Source: Cyanophora paradoxa CCMP329 (lineage: Eukaryota; Plantae; Glaucophyta). Taken from it: a stretch of DNA of 64,000 bases. This document shows positions 24,901 through 34,381 of the stretch, one piece after another. The stretch is from contig QPMI01000565.1 of assembly GCA_004431415.1 (NCBI GenBank), forward strand, positions 1-64,000, written 5' to 3'. The notes beneath the pieces were generated by a model that was not told the origin of the DNA, searched no databases, and saw only the letters and a program-made list of their open reading frames with translations. The first letter of the stretch is position 1. Every line of letters starts with the position of its first letter. The position numbers and the translations under genes are program-made.

Positions 24901-26240
24901 TTGGCCTAAAGCAGGTGATGCTGGATCTAAAGGAAATGATGACGGCGGAGGCCAAGAACAGGAAGCGCGTATTAATTGCGGTCTACCAGGAGGGCCTCAA
25001 CAGAATCAACCACATCGACGCCCTAAGGCGCGAATTCGGCTCGGCCATCCGTCACTCGGGCGTCTCGTCGAACGGAGGGGCGCAGGTGGCCCGCCTGGCG
25101 GACGCCAACTCGCGCCTCGAAATTCCCGGGACCTTCCGCATGCAGGATTGGTGGGAGGCCGGGGCCTTCAGGAACTACGGGGCCTTCATAGACAACGGGA
25201 TTAATTCGCAGAGCCCCAAGGCAAACTGGCTGGTACCCAAGGCGTACGTCGATAAATTGATGGACAGGCCCGCGGCACCCTACACCAAAAAGATCACCAA
25301 AGGCATCGAGTACTGGGCACCCTCGGCTGACCAGCCCGTCTTTGCCTCGCAGAATTACGAGTGGCACATGGCGCCAGGGGCGAGTCAGGCAGTCAGCACC
25401 GTGGGCGTAATTGCGCCTCAGCTGGCGACGGTGGCGCACACAGGTGAATACGAAGACCTGAAAGGCAAGCCAACGATACCGACTGTACCAACAACGTGGG
25501 GGTGGGATAGCATTACAGGCAAGCCGACGCAGACAACACGAAACGCAGCCCAGCTCGAGTACCCCGTGACCCAGCCCGTGAGCACCGTCGGCGTCGTGCA
25601 GCCCCGCCTGGCGACGGTTGCTTACACGGGTGCCTTTGCGGATTTGAGTGGCAGGGGGCACACGCACTCGCTTTCGGAGATAAGGGACTGGGCGGGGGCG
25701 CCAGATTTATCGGGGTACGCCCTCTCGACCCACAATCACGAAGGGGTGTATGCAACTGCAGGGCACGATCACGAGGGGACGTACGCCCCCTTCACCCACA
25801 GCCACACCCAGTACTCAACGACCGGTCACGATCACGACGATGCGTACGCTTCAAAGCGGAGGGTGAACGAACAGGCGTACGTTCAGACGGGGAAAACGTC
25901 GCGTATTCTTGGAAACAGAGAATACACAGACGGAGAAGTTGTGACAGCGTCGGGGTCAGAGACCTTTTCGATAGAGTACATGAATGACCCTTCCATTTCA
26001 CTCTCGTTCAAATCGAAGAGCGGATACAGCAGCTACTTTGATGTTGCTATTCTGGAAGCGCTGGACATCCCCTACGGTTTGGACAGCAACGGTAACATTA
26101 CCTACAGCACCGTCAAAGGATTTGGCTGGGTGCTGAAGCTTAAGTGCCGGGGTGGGGTGACCCTCGCAGGAGGCCCCTGGACGTTTGAGGTGCAGTGGAT
26201 TGCAGCGGGGCCACGACTGGAAGACCAACTGCTGGTGTAA
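21981..26240 (+). CDS. Giant coiled-coil/tape-measure-like protein with C-terminal tail-fibre repeats; 5'-truncated by insertion of A
   Basis: About 1420 codons open. The ORF-track start lies inside A's hairpin. Coiled coil, then Gly-rich hydrophobic helices, then YEDLKGKP, WDSITGKP and HxH repeats. Confidence 0.7.
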   Translation, partial: DAQREYYKLENEKKQWSELKDKEMTEVAEKKAEANKLMTDAQRQEESALTALRSAERQVAEERTKMILEAEEELKRINEQREAAKAKKLQEIEALTAGTELLEAQRKEIEDRKKKLEKEAEARRQLLEEEEETRRKAGELQTGAVQEANRLREEIKNLKEAAERADEQSKKFKANADELAQRLLKYAATAEARSPMGTAETQTTPRPDPRPAAERLPFARLGRSDQVKELIGLTVEDQRALFDALEQRRRADEEAVAKTEEERLKAMQTASDEEFARLEEPKVAGRKRALEAFKNNTLDAMGAKMRELKRNESRNGEKIRALGVDIRDFTYVMNQLTGRGQKDAEELRRKMADEKWKNFERAYVQRYISDAIWIAYGDAEEMHRELRTEASLWRGGLEWSLYRMQKGEFLAELRANPKTVSIGAQSAYVGMVNYVEKLSKFWEKRRAVIPAEGLAQYDAMVRDLEAFKREHPPAKYKLYIDTTAFIGELRKRGDEAKSQIEERYRKAQADKEYANRVIEERKQQAKENAARRNAEIEEQRRKIAERKAAEEEARKTKVETEYQALKREANQILKRRGRAYADEGAGVGLASPDDITLAERDDVSVEEMRPGTARLPSEGVFQTLDRRVMGDSDVILRNALMPYGDWNRATADALADFDLERFTTKEQRDAYLGRPRARRPGVAKEALSAETLFSAMGTANNDGMPFGVADLFQGAGIDLVGAGLGGTGSRAGRRLGAGATGLGLTALGGLLSSYQALESGQITQAQFMDNFRDSMIMTVGSFGLQQGLTSGLQFLRPGMKIGFVGGMGLSILAGMIAGVFVDILNKRDVGTIIKNFFMYPINWAADTIQFIGKIAQDMVEWGIETFGSEAEQLRMRIRRIEGELGDNPMGVFTGRGGDNGALKLIMEIETLKMDAGNQKQPESLQKFIHALDNAINDYRTPKDQKTLLEIDRATVLYLSQLTETMQDGLLALNIGLKQVMLDLKEMMTAEAKNRKRVLIAVYQEGLNRINHIDALRREFGSAIRHSGVSSNGGAQVARLADANSRLEIPGTFRMQDWWEAGAFRNYGAFIDNGINSQSPKANWLVPKAYVDKLMDRPAAPYTKKITKGIEYWAPSADQPVFASQNYEWHMAPGASQAVSTVGVIAPQLATVAHTGEYEDLKGKPTIPTVPTTWGWDSITGKPTQTTRNAAQLEYPVTQPVSTVGVVQPRLATVAYTGAFADLSGRGHTHSLSEIRDWAGAPDLSGYALSTHNHEGVYATAGHDHEGTYAPFTHSHTQYSTTGHDHDDAYASKRRVNEQAYVQTGKTSRILGNREYTDGEVVTASGSETFSIEYMNDPSISLSFKSKSGYSSYFDVAILEALDIPYGLDSNGNITYSTVKGFGWVLKLKCRGGVTLAGGPWTFEVQWIAAGPRLEDQLLV

Positions 26241-26263
26241 TGCTTTTTCTAAGTATCTGGTAA

Positions 26264-27085
26264 ATGTCCGTCGCTGTCCCTCTATTCACCTATGCCGCCA
26301 GCGTGAATCACAAGGCAGATCACACAATAAAAGAGACGGTCCTCGGCAACCAGGCCACCGAGACCCCCTACAACGCCACGGCCGTCCCCTTCTCCGAGGC
26401 CGATCTCGTCCGCGTCGGCGAGCTGCGCTGCGATAAGATGCGCACACGGGAGGGCGGGTCGGCCGTGCCGGGGCGCGTGAGGACGCAGAGGCTCACCGTC
26501 ACGAACGGGGCCTGGGACGGGAGTGGGTACAGCACAAACCAGATGGCCTTTAACGGGGCTGCCGATGGGGAGGGGAACGCGGCGCTGTACGTGCAGGGAG
26601 GGGGTGCCAATATCGTCGGCGGTGCGAGGGTCAACGGCGACGCAACGGTCACGGGCACGGTGACGACGAACGTAGTGAAGGCAAATCAGCATGAATTCAT
26701 GACCGTTTACGCACTCGGGGGAAACAATTCGGGCACTACTCTGGCTACGTACACAGGCTTCAACAGCATTATTCTAAACAGGTTGGGTGCTTCCACCATT
26801 TACAATGGACGATTCACGGCAAAGAAGGCAGGCATCTACCTGGTTGCCTTTTCCGCTCTCACGGCGAATTCCCCGGTCGGCAACACCGCAGAGGCGCAGC
26901 TGTGGAAAACAGGGAGCTGGACTGGCGTTCGCTGTTTCACAGAGCTCGCTGGAAGGCACGAGTGCATTGCGTTCACTATCTTCATCCAACTGAACGTGGA
27001 CGATTACCTGGAAATGAAATTACAAAACATTTGGGCAGACTCGTCCATGTTCTTTACGGTGGGATTAATCACAGCCACCGACTAG
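26264..27085 (+). CDS. Fibre protein with ELRCD anchor and C1q-like head
   Basis: VRVGELRCDK, GGGANIVGGARV, GRFTAKKAGIYLVAFS. Confidence 0.75.
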   Translation: MSVAVPLFTYAASVNHKADHTIKETVLGNQATETPYNATAVPFSEADLVRVGELRCDKMRTREGGSAVPGRVRTQRLTVTNGAWDGSGYSTNQMAFNGAADGEGNAALYVQGGGANIVGGARVNGDATVTGTVTTNVVKANQHEFMTVYALGGNNSGTTLATYTGFNSIILNRLGASTIYNGRFTAKKAGIYLVAFSALTANSPVGNTAEAQLWKTGSWTGVRCFTELAGRHECIAFTIFIQLNVDDYLEMKLQNIWADSSMFFTVGLITATD

Positions 27086-27087
27086 AA

Positions 27088-29175
27088 CTACATCAGCGCG
27101 TGTACAGCTGCAAGGTCGGTGATGGCGCTGTTGAATACGATAATGTCATCGACCCATCCGTTCCACCCGAACGTGCCCACCTCCGTCTCCGTTTCGCCTG
27201 CGCCAACACGGAAGGGGTGCTGGGTGTTGGGAAGGAAGCCGGAGTTGACGGAATAGGCCGTCCCGTTGCTCGTGAAGATGTGCGTGGTTCCGTTGTAGCT
27301 GCCAGCGAACTTATACTTCGTGTTGGCCGAGGAAGCGAAGTTGCCCAGCGTGTTCTGCCCCGGTCCCGGGGTCACCGTCCAGTGCTGAATCGCACCCGCG
27401 CTCGTCCTGTAAAACATGTAGCCGCCGGGGGTACCGCGCGAGGAGAGCGGCGACATGAAGTCCGCGGGGGATGGCGCCGACGTGAACAGACAGCTGAACG
27501 AAACCGTGAAAGGTGAAGTGTTGAACGCGGCCGTGTAGGGCACCTGCAGACTGGTTGTGTTTGCGTAGTTGAAAACGACCCTGCCCCCCGAGTAGGCCGG
27601 CTGCCTTGCCAGCGTGCTGCGGGCCAGGTCCCGCCCGAGGCCGCTCTGATCGTACATCTTCTGCACGGTGGCCGTGTACCCAGAAATCCAAGTGGCAAAC
27701 GGCGTCCCGCTTCGATTGTACGCGGTGTTCAGGTTGCCCGCCGCGTCGGCATAAAAGTCGGTAATGGTACCATCGCTTCTGCGCAGCTCGAGCGTAGGCC
27801 CCACGTACGCCGCCCGGAGCCTGCGGGTCGAATACCCCGCGATCGCCGCATTCTTGGTGGCCGTCGAAATGGTCGCTGCATCGAGCATGTAGCTGCCAAC
27901 CGGCGCTGCAGAGGAGCTGCTAGAGGGAGGGCCCTCCTCGCCAATCTGGTTCACACCCTTCACGGTGTACGTGTACGTCGAGCCGAAGTACGTGGCCACG
28001 TCCGAGTAGGGGCCCGAGCTCACGTTTGCGTAGAAGACGCCGTCCCTGTAAATGTTGTAGGAGGTCGTAACGCCAGTGGCTGGCGCCGACCAAGTCAGCA
28101 CAATGGGCTGCTCGGTGCCCGCCGCAGGGGCCGTGGCCACCAGCCCCGTGGGCGCTGCCGGATCCGTGGTGACGTAGGCGGCTATACTCTTCGGCCCCTG
28201 CCCTCCCGTGTTCGTCGCGGAGACCTGGTACTCGTACCCCGTACCCCAGACCGTGGTCGCGTCGCTGTACGAGTTTGTCACAGAGTCTACAAGGTAGGCC
28301 CCGTCCCTGTAGATCTTGTACCCCGTGGCCCCCGTGGAAGCGGTCCAGCTGATGCTGACGGGCTGCTGCTGGTCGTCTGGTGCCGTTGCAATTAAGGCTG
28401 TGGGCGCGTTCGGTATCGTCCAGACCAGGAGCGGATCAGACTTATCGTATTCTTCTGTGCCTATAATACCGGCCACCTGGTAGGAGTATTCCGTACCCCA
28501 CGTAAGGGCGGTGCTATCGTCAATGTACGAGGTAGATAGGGCGCTGCTTGCGAATCCGATGGGGGTACCGTCCCTGTAAATTCGAATCGAGTCCGCGCCC
28601 TCCATGGCCACCCAGTTGATTGTGACGACAATGGCGGGTTTCGGGAAGCCCGCAGAGGCGGGGCCGCCCCCTGCGATAAAATCGCCGTAGGTCTGGGCCG
28701 TGGCAGTCGTGAGCGTGGTGTAGGCTTCGATTGGAGGGTCGAAGCCGCCTACACCTTGGAAGGCAATGTAATTACTCATGGCACCCTCGTGCGTGTAGAG
28801 AAGGGTCTGCGTGTAGGTGGTGGGCGGGGCTCTACCATCCGAGCCGGTGCTGCTGCTGCTCTGTTCGCGCACGGCCGTCACACGGTAGATTCTGAAATCA
28901 CCCAAGTTGAAGGGCGAGTCCGTGTACGTGAGCGTGGGAGCGTTGACAGTGACCACCAGCGTCCACGGCCCGTCAACGTCATCGCCTCTATACACCTTGT
29001 ACTTTACGGCGTTGGTGACGGCGTTCCAGAACAGCTGAAATCTGTAGGTGCTGTCCCCGTTGCTGAATGTGTCGCCTGATCGGATCTGGGGCCTGCCCAC
29101 AGTCAGCGAGATCGGCTCCACGCCGTACTGCGGGGCCTGCACCACCTGTTTCTTCACGAATACGAAGCGGGGCAT
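27088..29175 (-). CDS. Fibronectin type III repeat protein with C-terminal ConA/LamG-like lectin domain
   Basis: About four W..YxIYRDG..Y.D..Y.Y.V units; YSTRRL..YDQSG segment; GWVDDIIVFNSAI LamG-like end. Confidence 0.75.
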   Translation of the reverse strand: MPRFVFVKKQVVQAPQYGVEPISLTVGRPQIRSGDTFSNGDSTYRFQLFWNAVTNAVKYKVYRGDDVDGPWTLVVTVNAPTLTYTDSPFNLGDFRIYRVTAVREQSSSSTGSDGRAPPTTYTQTLLYTHEGAMSNYIAFQGVGGFDPPIEAYTTLTTATAQTYGDFIAGGGPASAGFPKPAIVVTINWVAMEGADSIRIYRDGTPIGFASSALSTSYIDDSTALTWGTEYSYQVAGIIGTEEYDKSDPLLVWTIPNAPTALIATAPDDQQQPVSISWTASTGATGYKIYRDGAYLVDSVTNSYSDATTVWGTGYEYQVSATNTGGQGPKSIAAYVTTDPAAPTGLVATAPAAGTEQPIVLTWSAPATGVTTSYNIYRDGVFYANVSSGPYSDVATYFGSTYTYTVKGVNQIGEEGPPSSSSSAAPVGSYMLDAATISTATKNAAIAGYSTRRLRAAYVGPTLELRRSDGTITDFYADAAGNLNTAYNRSGTPFATWISGYTATVQKMYDQSGLGRDLARSTLARQPAYSGGRVVFNYANTTSLQVPYTAAFNTSPFTVSFSCLFTSAPSPADFMSPLSSRGTPGGYMFYRTSAGAIQHWTVTPGPGQNTLGNFASSANTKYKFAGSYNGTTHIFTSNGTAYSVNSGFLPNTQHPFRVGAGETETEVGTFGWNGWVDDIIVFNSAITDLAAVHALM

Positions 29176-29214
29176 TTTCCTCTACGATCCGAAAAAATAT
29201 CTGCCCCGGTGTAA

Positions 29215-29895
29215 ATGACTTCCAACTGGTACCAGACCCTCAAAGGTGATCTGGATGTTGGTACCAACGCCAAGGATTTCGCACGCATCTCCTCTGGCAG
29301 CTACGTGGACGTCTTCCTGCAGAATCCCGTCGTGATTCAGGCCGTTCAGAACGCCTATGCCACGCCCAAGATTTACTCCTATCAGCTCTTCTTCGACCCT
29401 CTGAGCCTCAGCGCAGAGGTAATCGAGCTGCTGCACGAATCAGGACTCGTGAAAAAGGTGGCACCTGCCACGGCCACTGCCAACGTCTTGCGCTGTCTCG
29501 AGGTCAAGTTCAGGGAGACGGGGTACGGCCCCACCGTGAACCGGTACCCCAGTTCTTCGAATCTTCCGGGCACGGGAGTCTACCAGATGAGGGGTACGCT
29601 CAAGGGCGACGCGCTCTTCACGAAATTCAATCCAAGTCCCGCGACCCTGGGGGCCCTCTACACGGGCGGCAACCCACGCGGCTCGACTCTACCCCGCTTC
29701 CCCTTCACCTTTTTCAGGTTCCAGGTCTTCCCCCTCTCCTACGCCGCCGACCAGCCCCACTTCAGCACGGGCGCCAGCCTCTGCGCGGAGCTGCGCGAGT
29801 GCTCGATTTCCTACGCGTACGGCACCGACGCGGACTCCGTGCCTGGGATCCGCGTCATGAACATCGGTGGCGACATCACCCTCTTTCACGGATAA
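29215..29895 (+). CDS. Beta-rich hypothetical protein, paralogue of 29919..30731
   Basis: Shared QNPV, SGLxKK, RxLExKF, PR..FTxFxF and G..L.AE motifs. Confidence 0.65.
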   Translation: MTSNWYQTLKGDLDVGTNAKDFARISSGSYVDVFLQNPVVIQAVQNAYATPKIYSYQLFFDPLSLSAEVIELLHESGLVKKVAPATATANVLRCLEVKFRETGYGPTVNRYPSSSNLPGTGVYQMRGTLKGDALFTKFNPSPATLGALYTGGNPRGSTLPRFPFTFFRFQVFPLSYAADQPHFSTGASLCAELRECSISYAYGTDADSVPGIRVMNIGGDITLFHG

Positions 29896-29918
29896 TCTTT
29901 CTCATTTGAGGTCGCAAA

Positions 29919-30731
29919 ATGCCGACCACCTCGGCCACCATCGTGAAGACCGTGTCTGCCGGCTCGATCGTCCCCGATTTCTACGGCAACGCTGGGAACG
30001 TGGCCAACGCAGGGACGGACAAGGTGGAGTGGGACGGAAACTACGCCACCCCGCTCACCGTGAGGGTCCAGAATCCCGTCATGTTGCGCGTCACCTCCAA
30101 CGATTTCGAGAATCCCGCCTCGTGCTCCGTGTACGTGTACTTTGACATCGACTCGGGCGTGAGCGCGGATGAGGCGGAGGCGCTCTGGCTCTCGGGCCTC
30201 CTGAAAAAGATAGAGCCCTCCGTCCCCGACAGGCCCGCGATTCGCGTGCTCGAGCTCAAGTTCACTGCGAACACCGCCCTCACTCGTAAGTTCACGAATG
30301 GTGCGAATCCGAACATCAAAACGCATTTAGATGGCGCCCTCATCGATGCCACACACAAGACCACGCAGGCCGTTCCCTTTGAGATGTACAACCTCTGGAA
30401 GATGACCGCAAAGGAGATGATGACGAATGCCACCACGGGCGGCGCCTCGGGTACCGATTATTCATACGGCGCCTCGAATCCCCGTACCCAGGTCTGGCCC
30501 CGGCTCCTCTTCACGAAATTCACTTTCAAATTGTACAACAACATCGCCGGAATGCCTACCTCTGGAATGGTCGTGGGCTCTACCCTCATGGCCGAAGTAA
30601 TTGAGGCAGAGGCGGACTACACGACTGCGACTACCAACTCGACAGCGCCAGGCGCCGGAGCCGAAGTTTACGTGGCCTGGGAAACGGTCGGTCGCGAGTA
30701 CGACACCAAGATTCACACCACTAGCGTCTAG
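29919..30731 (+). CDS. Beta-rich hypothetical protein, paralogue of 29215..29895
   Basis: Same shared motif series as 29215..29895. Confidence 0.65.
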   Translation: MPTTSATIVKTVSAGSIVPDFYGNAGNVANAGTDKVEWDGNYATPLTVRVQNPVMLRVTSNDFENPASCSVYVYFDIDSGVSADEAEALWLSGLLKKIEPSVPDRPAIRVLELKFTANTALTRKFTNGANPNIKTHLDGALIDATHKTTQAVPFEMYNLWKMTAKEMMTNATTGGASGTDYSYGASNPRTQVWPRLLFTKFTFKLYNNIAGMPTSGMVVGSTLMAEVIEAEADYTTATTNSTAPGAGAEVYVAWETVGREYDTKIHTTSV

Positions 30732-31086
30732 ACTGGCTAAGCTGCATTAGCGCCTGTGCCGCCTCCATCATCTCCCGAATCTCCTCGCTCTTCTCCTGTA
30801 AATTGGCGTACCCCCTCCTCTTCTTGCGAATATCCGACATTGATGCCCAGCGCAGGTTCTCCCTCCTGTAGTCCAGCGGGTTGCCGTTGATGTGTTCCAC
30901 GTAGCGTCCACGTGGCGACTTCCCGAGGATCAGTTGGGAGAGGTAGTGCTTGCGCCCTCCGAATGTCTTGCTCACCCTGTCCCTGTCCACTCTCCAGGGA
31001 AACTCCAAGGCACTCGGGGGTACGTCCGAGTTGACCAGGACGTTGTAGGCGACGTCTTGCGAGTCGGTGCACCGGAGCAGGGCCAT
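30721..31086 (-). CDS. HNH-family endonuclease (possibly inactive)
   Basis: VEHINGNPLDYRRENLRW; the usual DN is DY. Confidence 0.75.
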   Translation of the reverse strand: MALLRCTDSQDVAYNVLVNSDVPPSALEFPWRVDRDRVSKTFGGRKHYLSQLILGKSPRGRYVEHINGNPLDYRRENLRWASMSDIRKKRRGYANLQEKSEEIREMMEAAQALMQLSQSRR

Positions 31087-31108
31087 TTTGCCCTAGGTTC
31101 AGAAAAAC

Positions 31109-31622
31109 CTGGGACTTGGGACTTGGGACTTGGGACTTGGGACTTGGGAAGAGTTGAAACCCAGGTCCCGGCCCAGACTTTCTCCAGGATCAGAAATTTG
31201 TCAGACAAGTCAGGTGAGTTTTTCTACCGACTTTTTTACTCCTACCACCCCTCGTACTCTTTTTTACTCGTAGTCTTTTTTACTCGTATCCCATCTCGTA
31301 CCCTCCTTCTCTCGACATCTCGCACGAATACTCCTACCCCTCTTCACATCCTTTTTCGGTTGCATACTCTCGTGAGCTTTCATGTCCAGTATCATGCTAC
31401 AAGTCGTACGACAGTTCAGACTCTACCTCGCTTGAAATCTCACCTGGAATGTCACCAGAAACGTCGTATCCAGAATTCCGTACCCCTTTCTAAGTCTGCC
31501 CGGTGGTTAGGGACTTGGTGCAGCAAACTCTCAGATCCAGAGAAAGTCAGGGCCCAGACCCTGAGTCTAACTCTTCCCAAGTCCCAAGTCCCAAGTCCCA
31601 AGTCCCAAGTCCCAAGTCCCAG
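31109..31622. repeat. Imperfect ~95-bp inverted repeats capped by (GGGACTT)5 and (AAGTCCC)6
   Basis: Arrays at 31111-31148 and 31576-31620, with complementary inner flanks. Confidence 0.9.
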
Positions 31623-31694
31623 GATCGCGCCAAGTCACAACTGAATAGTCGGCCAATTTTTACAAGTATGTACAATGGAATGACGCAATACTAT

Positions 31695-32753
31695 TTACAG
31701 CATCTCAAAGTCAGAGTCATCGTCATCGGAAACCAAGTCAATCGGGGCCTCGGGCGCCGACTTAAGGGGAATGCGGGGAAGGGCCTGCGCTGCCTGCACT
31801 AAGTCCTGCCGCTCCTGCTCGCGCTGCGCCGCCAAGGCCGCTGCCGCCTCTGCCTCGCGCTGCCGCCGAGCCTCGATGCGCGCCTTGAGCTCGGCTGCCT
31901 CCTTCTGCTTGCGCTCGGCAATCTTGGCCAACGTCATCTCGCGACGAAGAAGGCGCTCGTGACGCAGCTTGCGCCGGAGTTCGGCCATTTCGCGCTTGGC
32001 GATGATGCGCTTCTCAATGGTCTTGACGTGCTGAGTCAGGCGCTTGGTGTAGTGTGACGTCACGCGAGAACGGGCAATGCCGGCGCCGAGCTTCAAGTCC
32101 TTCTCGTGTTCCTTGGTGGGGTTCTTGACGCGCTCGGAGTTGTCGGTGAATGACGTGGTCTCCATGAACTTCTTCTTGACGATTGACTTGGTCCTGATAA
32201 TGCGGCGCTTGCGAGTCGGGTTTTCGTTGTCGCCTTCAGAGTCAGAAGACGACTCAGAGTCGTATGGAATCGGCACGTCAAAGTCGATGAAGTCGTTGAT
32301 GTCAGACTCGGCGTCAGAGGCCTCGGACTTGGCGTCATCGGCGGGCTGAGGGGCGGGCTCGGCGACGGGCTGAGGGGCAGATGACGACGATGACGGAGGG
32401 GGGTAATTCGTGAAGACTTGAGGGGGGTAGGCCCAGGCGAGCGTCTCGGCGGCAGACTCGGCGAAAAGCTTGGGGTCGCCCCAGCCGTTGGCGGTCTTGA
32501 CCCAGCCCGGGACGGGGGGCACGTCGACGGGGGGCTCGGGCTTGGGCTCGGGCTTGGGTTGCTTGGACTTGGGCAGGAGGGCGGGTACAAAGTTGAGGTT
32601 GATGGTGCGGACGTTACCGTCGCTGTAAGCTTGGTAGCAGTACCCCAGATTGCGGGCACGCTTCTCCATTTCACGGGTAGGCCAATCGCGGGACTTAGTC
32701 CACATCTCGCGGGCCTTGGCAAGGTCCTCAACAAGCTCAGAGGGAAGCGACAT
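31695..32753 (-). CDS. Hypothetical low-complexity protein (Pro-rich, acidic, coiled coil)
   Basis: Long ORF with GC-rich third positions; likely start MSLPSEL. Confidence 0.55.
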   Translation of the reverse strand: MSLPSELVEDLAKAREMWTKSRDWPTREMEKRARNLGYCYQAYSDGNVRTINLNFVPALLPKSKQPKPEPKPEPPVDVPPVPGWVKTANGWGDPKLFAESAAETLAWAYPPQVFTNYPPPSSSSSAPQPVAEPAPQPADDAKSEASDAESDINDFIDFDVPIPYDSESSSDSEGDNENPTRKRRIIRTKSIVKKKFMETTSFTDNSERVKNPTKEHEKDLKLGAGIARSRVTSHYTKRLTQHVKTIEKRIIAKREMAELRRKLRHERLLRREMTLAKIAERKQKEAAELKARIEARRQREAEAAAALAAQREQERQDLVQAAQALPRIPLKSAPEAPIDLVSDDDDSDFEML

Positions 32754-33148
32754 CTGCGCAAAGGGAAAAGAGATCAGCAAAGGCAAAACGTGAGGTGACT
32801 GAGAGAGCGGACTTGTGAAAATTCGGAGAGGCAGGGTTTCCTTGGGCTGAGAGAAGGCGGCGAACCCGTTTCAAGAGTGAGGCAAAATGGCGGCGGACCG
32901 CGGTTTTGTTGCCGATTTTTTTCGCGGTCTAGTTCGCAACGGAAAACGTTGCCAACTGGCCTGAAAAAAGCCAAATTTAGCGTTGGACCAAAGACAGAAA
33001 AAGGAGCCGGCCTGACGGATTCAATGAATTCGCACACACCGAGACAATACGGCTAATGATAGAACTGAGTGACGGAAATTGCCCGAGTGTGTCCGCCGAA
33101 GGTCGAGTCTCGGATGGGGGGTACACCCTCAGGGGGCCCCCTGGCCCC

Positions 33149-33619
33149 TCACCCTGGTAGTACCCTCTCAAGGGGATTTTCGAAGCCGTACAATTCTTGG
33201 TAAGTCTCGTAATCCGGGCTGTACCCCCTCACAATCTGCGGGAGCCCCATTGAAAGCCTCCGTCTATCCTCTCTCAATTCCCTGCGGAAAAGTCTACGGT
33301 CTTCTCGAGCTTCGCGCGTCACGCCAGCTGGGCGTGGTCTATGATTGTTAGGGTTGTCGTAGCCTGGTCCCACCAGCCTCACGAAATTTTCGCGTATGGC
33401 CTCGGGGAGACTCTGGAAACGGTTCGTTGCGTGGAACTCGATCCATTCATTGAATCGACGCGGATATTGACGGATGACTTCAAGCACGCCCTGTGTGTTG
33501 GGCTCTGGTGTTATGTCGGGAATGTCATGTCCTGTGAGGTGCCAACGCCAGAACTCGCGCAGCCTCTCGAATGCCATATTCAACTCAAAGGGGAAATCGT
33601 AATAGAGATTGCCTGACAT
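33149..33619 (-). CDS. Hypothetical protein
   Basis: 156-aa ATG ORF just downstream of the third repeat array on the minus strand. Confidence 0.45.
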   Translation of the reverse strand: MSGNLYYDFPFELNMAFERLREFWRWHLTGHDIPDITPEPNTQGVLEVIRQYPRRFNEWIEFHATNRFQSLPEAIRENFVRLVGPGYDNPNNHRPRPAGVTREAREDRRLFRRELREDRRRLSMGLPQIVRGYSPDYETYQELYGFENPLERVLPG

Positions 33620-33667
33620 TTTTCTCCCCGTCCGAAAATTTCCCCGCTTCGAGTCCAGACTCTGATT

Positions 33668-33730
33668 CTAACTCTTCCCAAGTCCCAAGTCCCAAGTCCC
33701 AAGTCCCAAGTCCCAAGTCCCAAGTCCCAG
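33668..33730. repeat. Third heptamer array (AAGTCCC)7
   Basis: 33677-33728, with the same CTAACTCTT flank as the 31576 array. Confidence 0.9.
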
Positions 33731-34126
33731 GTCACATTTTTCTCCCATTTTGACTCGAGATTCTGACCAAGTCCAAATCCGGGCCCGGGATTCGAACCCT
33801 CGTTTTCGATCGATTTCACGCGTGAAAACGGCACTTTTCGGCCTTTTCCGATTTTTCCTTTCTCGCGATCGCATTAATGTCCCCGATCTCGAAATCGCGA
33901 TCGAAAAGGGTCGCGATCGGGAGAAAATCGCGATCGCCAGGGTCGCGATCGGCTCGTGATCGCCGCGATCGCCAGCCTCGGAGGGGGTACCCCCACAGCT
34001 GTTGCGGCGGTTATAAGAACCTCCGCAATCCAAGCGTCACTTCCGAGTCTCGAGCTCTCGGAGTTGACTTTTCGCGTTTGGCCCATTGATGGCCCTCCTA
34101 TATATATTAAGAGAGACAGAGGAAAA

Positions 34127-34381
34127 ATGCCACTCAGTGAAGCCCAGAAGAGAGCTATGAAGAGATACCAGCAAACTGAAAAAGGTAAGGCTCAAATAAA
34201 AAAGTTTAACGAAAAAATAGCCACACAGCTTAGAGATCTATATAACACTGATGATACTTATAGAGCCATGAAAATAGCAAGTTCATGTCAGCGAAAGTAT
34301 GCAGCCAATGCAGTCTGCTTTGTCAAGTATTTGTATGATGTCCCTTACTCAAATCGAGGGAGAAAATTGAAACATGTCTAA
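34127..34381 (+). CDS. Small basic hypothetical protein
   Basis: MPLSEAQKRAMKRYQQ; TATA-like upstream sequence. Confidence 0.55.
   Translation: MPLSEAQKRAMKRYQQTEKGKAQIKKFNEKIATQLRDLYNTDDTYRAMKIASSCQRKYAANAVCFVKYLYDVPYSNRGRKLKHV

Larger units (their letters stand above)
21981..34098. mobile_element. Element D: GC-rich, CpG-rich virus-like segment related to A/B, interrupted by A
   Basis: Compact intronless ORFs; ELRCD-family fibre gene and tail-repeat protein homologous in motif to B genes; sharp compositional boundaries. The right boundary is approximate. Confidence 0.65.

Noticed and set aside
21998-25755. Long antisense ORFs over D genes, and similar shadow ORFs elsewhere
   Set aside because: Explained by codon bias of the sense genes; no motifs.
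33660-33665. CTCTGA as target-site duplication partner of B's right flank
   Set aside because: It is part of the repeat flank also seen near 31560 and has no ACACATA terminus next to it.
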